Positions 1-14,713 are shown, numbered from the stretch's first letter. The stretch is DNA of 64,000 bases from Antedon mediterranea (GCF_964355755.1 NC_092680.1:19043045-19107044); one strand, 5' to 3'. Made by a program: numbers and translations. The notes: generated by a model not told the origin, from the sequence alone.

Positions 1-3000
1 CCTTTTTTCTAAAATGGTTTCTAGTCAGAATTGGCCTTTGTTGTGATAATTGGTTATGCTGCACTGTGTGGTTACTAATTAGGCTTATAAAAAAAACGAA
101 AACCGAACACGTCACCCGTGCGAACAGGAACGATATTCTTATTATAATAATATGGAGGCACTAACTCAAATGTCCGGCTTTTACGGCTTAACTTGGTTTT
201 TAAATCACAAGATAAAATACGATAACCTCTAAATTCCCGTGTTTGAATGAATCATCGTCATCAATACGACGACACCATTACATCCTCTGATGAACCTTAC
301 CTTAAATGTAAACAGCTTATCGATTTATTAGGCCTACAAAGTGAAAACAGCCTGGGAAGGAAACTCCTTGTATCAGTCGATGTAGCAGTGCGAGATAAGG
401 GTGTAACAAGCTCCGCACCCAAGGCCTAGCTTTACTTCTTAATGCGACAAATTCACGAATGCGACAAGAATTAAAATTCACACAGTATTCTTTTACTTTC
501 CCGAAGACGCGTGCCTGACAGCGGGTGTCCTTATACTACCAAGTACATTTAAATTAACTATGCTCGCGTGCCTTCAAGATAGAGTGGGTAATTTGTTTCG
601 ATTGGTGCTTTATGCGCCAGTAGCAAACAAAGAGGAGACCATTTAGCACCTGTCTTTATCGCATCAGGGGTACGGAGTAGTAACACTGGTCTTTGTTATC
701 GTGAATCCTTTGTTACCAAAAAAGGGGTACGGATTTCCACCCAATCAAAATTGTTTTTACGACATAAACCAAATGAAAATAAGCACTTTCTAAAACAGTT
801 GTATCCCCTTGTAGGCACGGGCAAGCTGTTCTTTCCGATGGACATCTTTTGTTCGATATCGTATAGGTGAACATTCTTATAATACAATGCAAATTTAGAA
901 ATCATTGCAGACAAGAAGTAGAAACAAAAACAATGAACAATGGGCAATAGAGGTACGTGTAAACAATTCAACGTGGAACATTTGATTTAATGTATAGCTT
1001 TTGCCATAATATCAACGATTGTGTAAATTAGAATACATTTTCTAAAAAAAATATAACTTTGTTATTTTACCTAAATACACAAATGAATTTACTTTTAATA
1101 TCCTTATAACAATGACAAATAAATATAGATTTGATATAAAAATAATACTAATAAGTATATTAAACTTATTATGGTGACATTTTAACGAAGAGTATCTTTC
1201 TAAATGCACCAATGAGTTTTTAATCTAAGCAATAAAAACAGAAATTAAGACAGAATTCGGCAAAAAGTTTATCTTAAATCGATTAACTGTAGTCCAAATG
1301 GTGATTTCAATTTAAGAACAGTGATATGTTCATTGTGAGCATAGGTTATAAATCTATTCATATTGTTTGGTGTATTTATTTTAAAATAGTATGGGGTAGC
1401 TAGCCTATATGTTATATCAGTGTATACATAAGTGTATGCACCCATTAGGCCTACCCACATAAACACAAGCTGATTTCTACCTATGAATGTAATCGATCTG
1501 GTTCGCTCGTAACATGGATATCAAGATGACACTGGATTTTATTTGAATGATTATGCATGCGTTGTTGGGTTGTAAAATTCAAATTCATAAACAGCGGTTT
1601 GCAAGGCCATCGGTCCATTAGCGAAAGGAACGATGAGTGTTCGCTATTCTCCTATTTCCCCCAATAGACGAGTTGAGTGACTATAGGTACTGATTACATT
1701 AAACTCTGTATTGTGTATGGAAACAATGCAAAGCTAATTGCATACAATGCACATTTACTATTAGTTGGTTTCTATAGACACAGGACAACTGGTTCATCAG
1801 ATACATTTCCATCGAATACAACAAATGTTATATATTATAAATATATTTTTATTACATTATTAGCTACCATACATATACGAAAACACTATAATTAGGCTGA
1901 GTGTCATCCTCATGCTGTATGTTACCGTGTTTTTATGTAAACTCTTATACAGTATTTTACGAAAAAGTGTATATTAATCTTAAAGTTTTGCGTTTGATAT
2001 ATCGTAACCGTTGAAAGGTCATGACATATCACCTTATTGCGTATAATGAAAATTTAAATAACTTTAAAAAGATAGGTTGCCATAAGTCAAACATACTGAA
2101 TTGAGGTTTTTTTCTATTGATTACAGACAAAGCTAAACATATAGGTATCTCCCAGCGTATTCCATTTGCGATAATTCTGTCATCGTTTTTAGGACCAATT
2201 GTGTTTACGAGACAAAGCTGAATCAAAACTGTAATGAAATGATTTACCTTCTATCGCAAACAATAACATTTGTTGGTTTCACATATGAAAAGAAACATAT
2301 AGGCCTACTCAACGTAAACCGATAAGAACAACAAACGTGATTAAAAATGAATACCGTGTCTTTCCCATATGTTTTTAATATTATTGCCTAAATATCATGT
2401 TATAGGAGTATACGGTACCTTTGTTTTGGCCTACAAAGTATAATGAGTGACAAACAAAACGTTTTCTCTCCGCTGCCATTTAATATCACCATGTCAAGGG
2501 GAGGAATCAAACAAGGGGGAAGTTCACAAAGAAATGAACAATGGAACTTATTCTTTCTCATTGTATTAGGAGGTCTTATCAATTTAGAACAATGTCACAC
2601 AGGAATAAGTTTTGTCCGTAACACAAGCATGGATAAGCGCAACAGATGGGCCTAGAGTAAATGTATGCAGCCTGCGTACTCTAATCGTACTAATTTGAGA
2701 AGTTATGTTTCCACATTCGACATTTATTGTATGTAATAGGCCTACACTACCGGTGTAGCGTTGCCTTACTGTGTCTATACCGGTAACCTTTCTGTGATAT
2801 CTAAATCATTGATATACATTCGTTGCAACATATTTTAATTAGGGTATGATATTCAAGGTTTTCGTGAAAACAATAATTAAAACGGTTAAAACTTCTATGG
2901 TGTTAGAAATGCGAGCATGACGATATCAGTGTAAGCCTACACGCCGCGTGAATATTCATTAAATACATTAACGAAGGGCCAAATGCACTAAACTTTTAAA

Positions 3001-6000
3001 TTATGATCAATAATTTAATTAATCAATCAGGTAGCGGATCAAAAGTCGGTAACCATGGTAATAAACGCTCGCGCATGCTCTTACTCCATTTGTCATGGCA
3101 ACACATGACCTAATTACAATGAACGTCCCGGATGTCAGCAATGTTTACTAATCTCACGAGAACCTGTATTCAGAAATGTAATGATGATTTAAGTGTCTAT
3201 CACGAATTTAAAATCGACATGGTTGGCATAAACATAAAACATTATTATCGCGGGGACACGATGCGTGTGCGTTTTAATTAGGCCTATATAACACGATGTA
3301 AACCCCTGTCAATACAATCAGTTAAAAAGAAATATCGATTTAAAATCCAAGTGTATATACCAAGACCAAGTTTAGCTCGAGCTAATACCGTATATAGGTT
3401 TACATACACACTAACATAGGCCTATATTTTCCATGGATCATGGGTTGTAGTTTAAACTACAATAGGGGTTGTATGACCCAATGGGATTAAAAGGAACTAA
3501 ACTAATTTAAAAAACTATGCAAAGAAAATACAAAATAATGATTATTAATATTTACTTCCCTGTCTATATAATGGTGCTATAGATGCGATATCAGGGAAGT
3601 AACATTTTAAACCTTCAAAAAATGGTCGTTATAGGTTGCTCAAAGGGCGTCTATATACTCCGATATTATCAAAACTTGTTCCGCTTTTGTTTCTATAACA
3701 CCATTGTTACGTTACGATTAGCATTTTTTAAACAAATAGGCCTACAAATCAAAATTTTGAATTTAGGCCTATTTATTAGGTGAATCAAATATACGGTTGT
3801 TATTTTCAGTCAGTGACACAAGGTTAAGAAAAATAAACATTGAAAAGCAAATACAAAACTGGATTTTTATAAACACGCTGACATACAAAATGAATTATAC
3901 TCCCCACTCCCATTTGGCTCTACTACCGTACAATCTATAAACTGCCTGTCTCTTTGCACTCAGCTCAGTTATAATTACGAATTTCCACACACACTATACA
4001 TAGTTTAGGTCATATATATCTGCACATATTTTAACGTATACGTGCACGATGCGTAATTGCGCGAATCACCTTACTCGCCCTCGTATAACGAGTTCAAATG
4101 TAGTTCAATTACGAATGTTCACATGCTAAATGTAGTTTTGTTTTCACTTAAATCGTCGAATATCCTTAAACTATCCCTCTCTACAACGGTTCTTGTTCTA
4201 ACCCGCACGCCATCTTGTTTGTCTGTTAATCATCTTGCATGGTCCCGTACTATCAATATTTATTTTGTTTAATATGCATAATGGTAATGAGGAATCAAAT
4301 AGTACCGTTACAAATGGAGACATGGTTCGCAAACAATCATGGTAGCGCAACATTTTTTCTGTATAAAATTCTGTTAAATCGATGTTCGTAACAAGGTTCA
4401 CTTTTAGACCCATGGGTCATAATTACTAGGCCTACTATACTAATTTGATTATGAATGATATATCATAATTGTATCATAATAAAAACAGAAATGAAACTAA
4501 CTTATATCGCTGTGTTATAATGGACACGTATTCGTAGATAGGCTTAAAAAATGTACGGAATTTTATGAGTACGTATACAAATTATAAATCTATAAAAGCG
4601 TATACATTTGTGCCAATTGTAGTTTCTAACAGATCATGGTATTTTCAATACACTTCAATACAATCCATTTGTGGATATTCATTAGGCCTAATGGAATAAT
4701 TATTTTTAGGCCTACGTGTGTAATGTTCAGGCAGTTACTACCCGGGTAAGTTTGGTTTATACCAACCAAAGTTAAACGATCTGTGCTCATGAACAACTTA
4801 TCCGGGTAGATAACGAAGGCCTGAACGGGTCTATATACAGTACTTCTTTTACTTAGGCTACACCGTAAGCGGACGTCGTATCGTACCGGACCTGTACAAA
4901 TTCGGGTTTTTATATACCACACACCATTATTGGATGAGTCTGTAGTAAATGAGGTCAGGTCATAATATTTGTTATGACGCTTTCAATTTAAATTTCCCAA
5001 ATCCATTTATCTTCTGCTAATCATACTCCCATTGTTTACCAAATGGTTTTTCTGCCGTTTTATTGACATAAAAATGGGGATTAGTTGAGAACCACGACAG
5101 TCAACAAGGATGAGTTTTTGTTGACCAAAAAGCTTAAATAAATATAGTTGTAGGTCTAATAACGAATACAATGATACCAAAATATAATGTCAATAGGCAA
5201 TGGTTCTATATAGGCCCGGTAATTCTTTCCAAAATTATTACCCGATGTTTTAGTCAGATCAGAATTAAAAAGAATTTATGACGATGTAGGCCTAGACATG
5301 ACTTCCGAAATTAACATGGTAACAAGTTATGATATAACTCGAAGGAAATCCAAATCTTAAAATCACAGAACAAAATTACCTATAAATAATTAAATGACTC
5401 ATTTAACAAAATACCAAATAAAATTAGTCATTCCATACAAAAAAAATGTAATTTATCGAAAATTGTTAAGAGTTAATTTGACCAATAACCAAAGTTGTAC
5501 TGCAGTACCTGACATGCGCAGAAGTATAAATAACGTTATGTTTTCATTTTATATTTAAGAATGTGCTCGCTGGAGAAAAATACAACAATTAACACGATAA
5601 AAATAATACCATATCTTTTTGTAACATGGTTATATATAGGCCTAATATATAAATGCATGAAATATATTTTAGCTTTTTCATACGTTGCAAATTTAAAGCG
5701 TAATGCGGTAGTAATATTGTACTAACATTTAAAAAAAAAAATGGTGTATGTTAAGTGCTGAAACGAAACATTGAGATCAGGGGATTACAAACGGTGAGAG
5801 TTGTAATATTAACACAGTGGATGGCCTCAATCGTTGTGTTTTGCATTTCAACGGTAATCGGGAGAAAGTAACACCAGCCGAGCGTTTATTATAAGTAGAC
5901 AGGCAGAACCGGGCCTAAGCGCTGGTTGTTCGATGCGATTATTAACATATGAAAAGCGTTGGAGCGTAATGGGGACTTATTCCATATTCGTATTGTAATG

Positions 6001-9000
6001 AATGAAGAGTACATGCATAAAAACCCGACGACCAGCCGTTGTACAACCTTGGAATAACAACTCCAAACGACCATTTTCGAGTGGTGTTTATGCTTTGATC
6101 AATCTTTGGAGTGGGTAGAATTTGAGAACAAGAGTACGTAAACAAAAGCGCGGAACACCCCTCGCCGAAACCAGCCTGTGTAAACAATGCCACGCGACCA
6201 TTGTGTGTCGCTTTTGGTGAAATAAATTTATCACGATTATAATTTGCGGTTTAGAAAACCTACAGATAACACAGCGATCGGAGTATGATATTAAAAACAT
6301 AAATAACCATATGTCTAAACCTACTAAAATTCTCACTGAAATTAAATTCAGTGTGTTTAAACGAAAATGTACTAATAATAATGATCTGTTCGTAAAACGA
6401 ACAGTGTACATTTTTCTATAATAATTTAAAATACAGAATTCAATATTTCACTCGACCCATATTCACTGTTTAGCGAACGAACGTCATCGAGCATAATTAA
6501 GGCATGAGATGATAACAGATTTACCGTACCTCTAGTTTGCTTAATTTTCGTCTTACTCCTCTCTTCCACATAACTGGTACCGATATGCTCTCCTCTTTTA
6601 GTAGTAGCTTCCCACTGAACTTCCAGTGGTATCGAGCGATAGGCTAGAAAAAATCTAGAACGAGTAGTATATTTTCGGCGATACAGCGGCGTTTGTTTTC
6701 CGGGAAGAAATCGAAGGGTTTGCACTAGATTGGTTATTCGTGTAGCGGTGGGAGGACGCCTGAGCGGTGTATGGCAACGACCAATCCACGAACCAGAGGT
6801 GCGCACAAAGGCTTTGTTTTTTGTGAAGGGTACTCCAAAGCGCCTCTATGAGCATGCGTCGGGTTGGAGATGTGCCGTTTGTGACGTCAAAAGAGGTACC
6901 TTATGGGGACTGGAGTGACTGGCTGAAAACATAAGCGGGTAGGAATATTATTCAGCGTTGTCTCGATATCTCTATGCCTCTTCCTTGTTCAGTTTTCTGG
7001 TAGTTGAAAAGTCGATTTGTTTTAGACGACCTTTCGATCTCGACGGAACGAGTCCTAATAATAACATCGATACTTCTATTAGAAAAAGCATTACCCGAAC
7101 AAATTGACCAATGGTGTCGAATTGTCTTCATTATGATTATTGTATGGCAGCTAGGCTCCAACTGTTTAAGTCTATCGATATTTATGCATTATTGGCATAT
7201 ACACAACCGAGATTGCGCATATACATTCGTAGAAACAGGAGGCGTTTATTTTTTATTATAGCCTACTACTACGAACCCTGTCGTATTTTGTGACTGGCAA
7301 TATACATCGCATTATAGTACATGGATAATTAATTATTCATCGTCAACTGTAATGTAAATAGCTATCCGAATAATTTCCCTTCAACGATGATCTGTTTCCT
7401 TTAAGAAGTGATTAATTAACTCAAAGAGCCATAGCACTTTTTAAACACGTTATGTAATGACTAACCTTAGCATACCTTTCGGCACAAACTAATGCATCGT
7501 TTTACAATTCCCCATTCATAGAGGCCTATAGTCCTGCTGACAAAACTGATGTTTTCCCCTTTGGTAGAGTGACAAAACTAATCTTGATAATTTACATGGC
7601 CTATAATAGGCCATGTAAATATATATTAACCTTTTTTATTAGGCCTACTAGTACTAAAATCATAAGTAACAGTCGTATACAAAAAAGGAGATGAAATCTT
7701 CTGGTGTAAGGGATATTTTATTTATAAAACATTTTATATAAACAATATTTAGTATATAGACCTAGTCAAATACATGTACCCCACCCATGTAAACGCATAC
7801 ATCACCTGGGTGTATATCACGTGGTTATTATTATATCTGTATCATAGGCAACTTCTGTAATACAGTGTAATATGTGACACTGTGTTACATAATTTGCCTG
7901 GACACTGGACAAGTTAACGACAATTAAACATCAGATAAAACTTAACGTACCAAAAAAAAATACATTTGGTGTGGAAAAGCACAGGTTAAAAAAATACAAA
8001 TAAAAAGGTTTTTTTGGTAAGATAAGTACTAAGTTGTTTTCATGTCAATGTAGGTGTGTGTATTATCGATTCTTTTTTTGTATAATATCTGCCGATTTAA
8101 AGAAGGATGGTTTCCCAACCCTTCCTCTTGACCACATACTTGGGAAATTATTATAAAATTTAATATTTTTTTCCTGTTATTTCGTTAGATTCAATGAAGA
8201 TGACGTTGGTTATAATGACCTCGTGGTTTTGTAACACGATGTATTTTAATCCTCTTTTGAATAGACTACATAAATGATAATGTGCAGGTGAGGCCTATTT
8301 GAATTTTAGCATATGGTTAGGCCTTTGTGGTGTGTTATAATAATCCCAAGTCAACAAATAAATAAGTATAAATATATATAATATAATATGGAGGCTATTA
8401 TGGTCAGTTTTAACGATTGTAGGCCTATATTAATTGGATTCGACATAGGCATAGTTTAAATGCATAATTATATTAACCTATCACTGATAAATCATAAATT
8501 TTATTTAATTTTAGATATTACAGCTAATGTATAGATGTAAATATCATATACTATATAGATCATGGAAAATGTTACATATTACAGTATTTATGATATGATT
8601 CCTATTGATATTATTTTATTAGAAATCATTTTATTTGTGGTAAAATCACAAATTTGAATTATAAAATAATAACTCCAACACGTTTTGCGATAACCCGCAT
8701 TGGTAAACAGGCCTTAAAATGAAAATAATAGCCATGGCAGGCGTACTACAACAGTGTATGATTAAATAGTAAAATGCTGTACGACGACGCGGCCATATTA
8801 TACCCCAGTACCATTAAAGCTTATTAATTTATTCTTCTTTGTGCATAAATTCTGATCCGCGATGCGAGTTGAGGAGACAAAGCGTTTGACCCTCATCTCA
8901 TGATGTATGCCTTGATCGCTGAGCAATGGGCAATCGCAACACAGTCAACACTCTGCGCCATATTGATTACTACTCATAATACCACACAGTCGCATGCTAT

Positions 9001-10520
9001 CCCACTAAAAAGAAATATTCCTCTTTTGTAGAGAAAACGACGCTGCTTGTCGTTATGACCTGTATAACACATACAGTAATTTCTTCGTTGACACGAATTC
9101 GTTAGCATGTTATACATTTTGCAATTACTCTATGTTAAAGTTTAATTCGAACATTTATTCCTTTAAATGTTACGATATACAGTCTGTGTCGACCTAAATC
9201 ATGACATGTAGTACACCAATGCACTCACACAGTTACAAATTTGCATACGTATAATTCTATGTATGCACTCTATATCATTTGAGAAGAAAGGAGTTTTTAC
9301 TATCAATATTAAATATAAAATTCCATGATTTGGATTAATTAAAAACATGAATATTTAATACATAATGAAGTTTGCAGTCTGTAAATATACACAATAATAA
9401 GTGTTTAAACTGTTGTTAATAATAACAATATATTTGTCCAATTATATAACGCGATATACTCACAAAAAAATTAAATATAATCGAGTCCGTATCTAATTGG
9501 ATGAACTAGACCTAGCAGGTCATTCGAGTGCCGGATGCCTATCTCTGATCTATGTATATTTATTTTATTCATAAGCTATTATGGAATATTTTGCTAAATA
9601 TAAAGGTGAAACAATAGAAAGAATGCCTTTGAGGCCTACAGTCAATACGCAAGTATTACTTACCTAAAATTAAATTGAATGCAATCACATAAATTTAAAA
9701 ACCATTTTCAATATTTTTTTCAATTTGTTATAGTGGCTAATGTTTTTTTCATCAATAGGAGTATTCTTTTTTAATTTTTTTTTTCAATTAATTTTAAATT
9801 ATTTTAAATACATTTTTTGCTACATGGCGGTCTGTCGGATACAATTTTAAGCCACGAACTGATACATTAGGTAACATATCATATAAACACACTGGTCAAT
9901 AATGTAAGAAAGTATTTTTATAAATCATATACTTATTGGATCCAATGTGCATCGCGTTCTCAAATACACATTACGTTCCCAAGAGCCGGTCATAAGTGGC
10001 CCGAAACACGGTAAACGAGACAAGTATTGCGTTCATTCATAATTTAGGCATTTTGATATTCGAAATGATGGGGATGATTGCGATTATGACGATGACGCAG
10101 ATGATGACGACGATGATTATGATGAAAATGACAAATAACAACAAATGATGATGGTAAAGTAATAATGTTAAAGATAATGTTGAAAGACACGATGGTAAAA
10201 ATTTAGGCCTATTGTTAAAATAATATGGTCACAAAATATTATGTTTAAACAAACATGGCACAGAGTACCCATTACTTATATTGGTAAACATAATTTATTA
10301 AAATGTTTCACAATAAAAACAAATAGTAATACAAGTGTGTGGGTAATGATAACCCGTATGTAGGCCTAATCATGATAATGATACGATGAATCAGATGAAG
10401 ATATTAATTAAGGAGGGAAAAACATAAAGTGATTTATTGTGACCTTTATGCCTTATTCAAACTTAAAACGATCTTTTTGACTGACCTAGAACCACATCCA
10501 TGAACTACACATCAGTCTTA

Positions 10521-10690
10521 AGCCTTGTCTACCCCATCATAATTTATGTGACAAAAAAAATTGATGTGCCCATATATGGACATGATTATGTCATATCACC
10601 ACCATATTTGGGCATATTACCACCTTATTTGGGCATATCACACTTTTTCACAAAAAAAGTGTGATATGCTTTTATAGTGTAGACAGAGCT
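10521..10690. mobile_element. MITE family A (PIF/Harbinger, Tourist-like)
   Basis: Degenerate TIRs AGCCTTGTCTAC.../...TAGTGTAGACAGAGCT, flanked by TTA on both sides; internal ~21-bp CATATTTGGGCATATCAC repeats. Confidence 0.8.
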
Positions 10691-11367
10691 TTATTAATGG
10701 AAACATTAAATTGTTTGTTGATTTGGATAAGAATCTCTATTTTGCGAAGTTTAATTCCTTGAAATATTTGTTACACAGTGTCGACCTAAATAACATGCAC
10801 TCGTAAACAGTACCGGTACTACTGTAAAGTATAATACGTGACGGTTATACTAACTTAATCGTATATATTTGAATGGAAGACGTTCAGATATGCTGACAAT
10901 GCTTTAATAAAAAGTTTGGAGAATGGCATCGCTAACAAAAGAACACAAGGCCTTCGTGTAAATGCAAATAAAAGGTTGCATTTCCTATTCAACAAACAAT
11001 GCAAATTAACGAAATTAGATGGAATGAACTAATCATCGACATATGCTTTTGGTATATAATTCATTTACAAGTGTCATGCTATATACATATATAATTCAGA
11101 GGAGAAACAAGATAATACAAAAACTGTGTTTACAGTCAATCAATAATATCACCAAAAACCATGTAATTTGTAGAGTAATTATTTAGGCCTATCATGTAAT
11201 GCAGTGTCACATATTTATCACATGTCATGCCTGTATCATAGACTAACTATAACCTTAACCATCACATGTGACACTCATACATAATGTGCCTGGCACAAAT
11301 GATACTTTTACGTACGATTACTGATTCGTGAGCTCGATTTGTTGTGCGTTTTGCATTGTAGCCTTTA

Positions 11368-11510
11368 AGCTACACTATCGAACTTTATGGGACAAAAAAA
11401 TGTGATGTGTCCATATAATGGACCCATATTTGGGCATATCACTACAATATTTGGGCATATCACTACCATATTTGGGCACATCACACTTGTTTGATAGTGT
11501 AGACAGAGCT
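11368..11510. mobile_element. MITE family A copy
   Basis: AGCTACACTATCG... (left TIR with a small deletion) to ...TTTGATAGTGTAGACAGAGCT; three internal ATATTTGGGCA units. Confidence 0.8.
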
Positions 11511-12030
11511 TTTGACGGGGATATGAATAAACATGAGCATCAACCTCTAGATTCATTTTTGTGAATAAATCACTGTAAACGTGTTTATACACAAAAATTA
11601 TTTTTAATAATGATTAAAAATAATATACTTAATATAAAAAGAATTGTTTTTAACATCAGAATAATCAATAGTATAGTGCACGATGGATGTTCACCCTGTA
11701 ACTCGAAATCCAACAGGGATTAAAGCTGCTCGTATGAGGATTGTTAGTAACAACATATGCTTAGGGCTAGCGCATCAAGCAAATAAATAAAACGTATAAT
11801 GTAGGTATGCCTGGTTTATTCACCTTTACTAGCTGAAACCTATATTGATTGCATGTATAAATTGATACAGTCTTATTTTGTGAATGATATTTTATGTTTG
11901 AGCAACGGTTGGAAACCGATGGTGTGCAGACATTTATCATACTTATTTTATAACCAGAACTTCTAGACTTTAGGGTATTCCCTGTATTGCTTGTTTCCTG
12001 TACAATGGAAGTGTCGATTATTTTCTTTGC

Positions 12031-12167
12031 AAGATTCGGCAAACTGGTATTCGGGAAACCGGGATTCGGCAAGCTGGGATTCCGCCAGCAGGGATTCGGC
12101 AAGCTGGGATGCGGCAAGGCAAGCTGGGATTCGACAAACTGGGATTCGACAAGCTGCGATTCGGTAC
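12031..12167. repeat. 15-bp minisatellite (GGGATTCGGCAAGCT), about 9 degenerate units
   Basis: Seen directly; explains the repetitive ORFs 11767-12117 and 11987-12241. Confidence 0.9.
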
Positions 12168-12764
12168 TAAATATGTACAGGGCTACTGTGTGCCTGCATC
12201 ACCAAATATATAATCTGTTATTTTTTATTTCCCATGTTTAGGCATGTACAATTATAAATGGGATAATTAAAAAATGACTTAAGTTAAACAATTTCAACAT
12301 TTTATTGCACACTATCAGACTGTTTCATGAGGGAGATATAAATCTCTCTTCAATCATCAGGTGCTAGGCTCATGCAATAAATGTAAAAAATAAATTTTAA
12401 CTTGAGTCATTTGTATATTTATCTATTTAACTTTGCTTTTGCATGGAACACTTTTGTTCACGCCTTGCAACAACGTCAACACGCAGAATATTAATTATAA
12501 ATTTCAACGCATTCTGAATTTATTTTTTCTGCGTATAACCATGGACCTACAGAACAGAAATGGACAACAGTGTTCGCCATGTTCACCTTCCAAATATAAG
12601 CAGATCAGCTATTCATCTCTAAATTCGCGTGATGAAACAATTGATATCCAAAATGTATTGGCATATAAAGATTGGCGAGATAAGTAAAGCAAATCTGTGA
12701 AATTAACATATAGTTTCCGACATTTTTATTTGTGATCTCAAAGTTCCAAATGATGCAGGTCTAA

Positions 12765-12884
12765 ATCTCTGTCTACACTATCAAACTGTTTGATATAAAA
12801 GTGTGATGTGCCCAAATATGGTAGTGATATGACATCATCATGTTCATATATGGGCACAAAAAGTTTGATAGTGTAAACAGAGCT
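12765..12884. mobile_element. MITE family A copy with TAA target duplication
   Basis: TAA|ATCTCTGTCTACACTATCAAACT ... AGTTTGATAGTGTAAACAGAGCT|TAA; ~23-bp TIR. Confidence 0.88.
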
Positions 12885-14539
12885 TAATATTTTATCAAAA
12901 TCCAATCGGAAACAACGAATGTTTTTCCTTTGTTAATAAAGTAGTTGTAAATTCAACGAAAGATTTACTGCCCTAGTACGTCGGTTAGTCATGCGTTATC
13001 CTCGAAAATATGGGCACAATCTTAAGGCGTGGCTCTTCAGTGATACAGGGCCTGGGGCCGGCGCAGGATTGTTGTAACAATTATGTTAAGACAAAGAGTT
13101 TCTCAGGACAATATCTTCCTGATGTATTTTGGAAGACTTCCTTAGTGGTTTAATTCGATCATCATGAATCTATCTTTTATTCAAAAAACGCAACTAAATA
13201 AAAAAAAAAAAAAATAAGGTATATGCATCAAATACATATAGTTTGACCCATGGAGAGATATTTATAATAGTAATAATAATAAGTCAACAACTCAACTTAT
13301 GTGTCCGTGTTTGACCGAGGTCGACTTGAATTTAATTAACGAAATACGGTTAAAACATTGGACCAGCGCAATCTAAAACAGGATGCTGAGCTCCTGAGAT
13401 CAAAGGGTTTATCTGTGGCTGCGACACGATCAGTCCCAGAAAACAATCGTCGCGGAGAATAGTACAGTAGCCTACAGTACTGCTGGTATTTGCCGCTGCC
13501 AGACATAAGTTCAAAGGACTGTTACGCATTTCTATCTTGGCAAGGCGCTCTCAGTGTCCTGTTTTTAGATTACCGTTATACAGCACCACCGTCACTACGT
13601 GACACTACAATGCAACAAGCGAAAACAAATTATCAGTTTAATCACCAAGTCTATTTTATATTTATCGGAAGGTTGTCGCAATTGTGTTGTTACTTCAGGG
13701 ATCCTTTGTTGAGACCATTTCCATCGATACATAACTCATACTCCGAACAATAGAATAAGTTGAATAAATGAAAGGATTACACATTTTTTATTAAGTTACA
13801 GAAATAAAATAAAGATGGAATTATCTATCGGAACAATTAAACCTATCATAGTAATCGTAAAAGTGTTCATAATACAAAATACGGTGCGCATGTACTTTAT
13901 TGATTCGACTTAAAGGGTAGCTCAGTGCTGTTGAAAATTATGATACTTTAAAAATAGGCCTTATATTATATAAATTTGTGATCCCAATGGAATTAGTGCC
14001 ATGTCATGCGGGACGGGCGTCATTGGGGTCATTTTTCAGAAGAAAGGCAATATACTACTAGCAGTGTACAACAAAAATGATTGGTTGGTTCGTTTTTTTT
14101 TAAACAATATTTAAGAATACAACTTGCGATCTAGACAACTCTACGGAAAATGAAGATCTTCAATTATTCAATATATTCCAACACAAAATATGGTAACCTT
14201 ATTGAGTGGGACGACACACATCTTGTTCAACATATGTTTAATAAGAATAATCTACTTCGTGAATGAATATTAATATTACAATCGCATGTTTAATACGAGG
14301 TTTGTAATAAGTCGGACCTCACTCATCATCCCTTCACCCTTCAAAATCTGCGTGTAAAACCCATGTATTTGATAATTCCTTTTTAAAAATTATCCTATAA
14401 GTATAACTTTAATATACAATTTATCACAAGTTCAAATATTGATAACAGTCGTTTGGGAAAAAAAACCCCAAAGGTTAATCAATAGTAAGGTAGAGAGGTC
14501 AAATAATTATGAGTACGAATGCTAGTTGTTATTGTGTTC

Positions 14540-14645
14540 TTTTTAGTCGCGTGGACGCGACTCTATAGTTCACTATGTCGGTCTGTCTGTCGGTCCGGTA
14601 TCACTATGCGTTTTAGCACGCGACTTGGCTGTTGGCCTTGTTTTT
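14540..14645 (+). mobile_element. Miniature DINE-1/HINE-like (Helentron-associated) element
   Basis: T-run, 5' hairpin AGTCGCGT-GG-ACGCGACT, GTCG/GTCT microsatellite, 3' sub-TIR CACGCGACT, terminal GGCTGTTGGCC stem-loop, T-run. Confidence 0.7.
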
Positions 14646-14713
14646 ATTTGGTTTACTACCTACATTCTCTCAAGTGAAAACCGCTGGCATTTTTCAGATG
14701 AAATTTTACACAT

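Noticed and set aside
301-425. Strong minus-strand donor AAG|GTAAGG at 300 with a short open frame
   Set aside because: The peptide has no NOL4 similarity, the junction would be phase 2, and there is no good acceptor or ATG. It cannot be supported as a coding exon.
10066-10155. Acidic poly-Asp-like stretch as a candidate NOL4 exon 4
   Set aside because: It reads on the plus strand, opposite to NOL4, and is a degenerate (GAT/GAC)n microsatellite.
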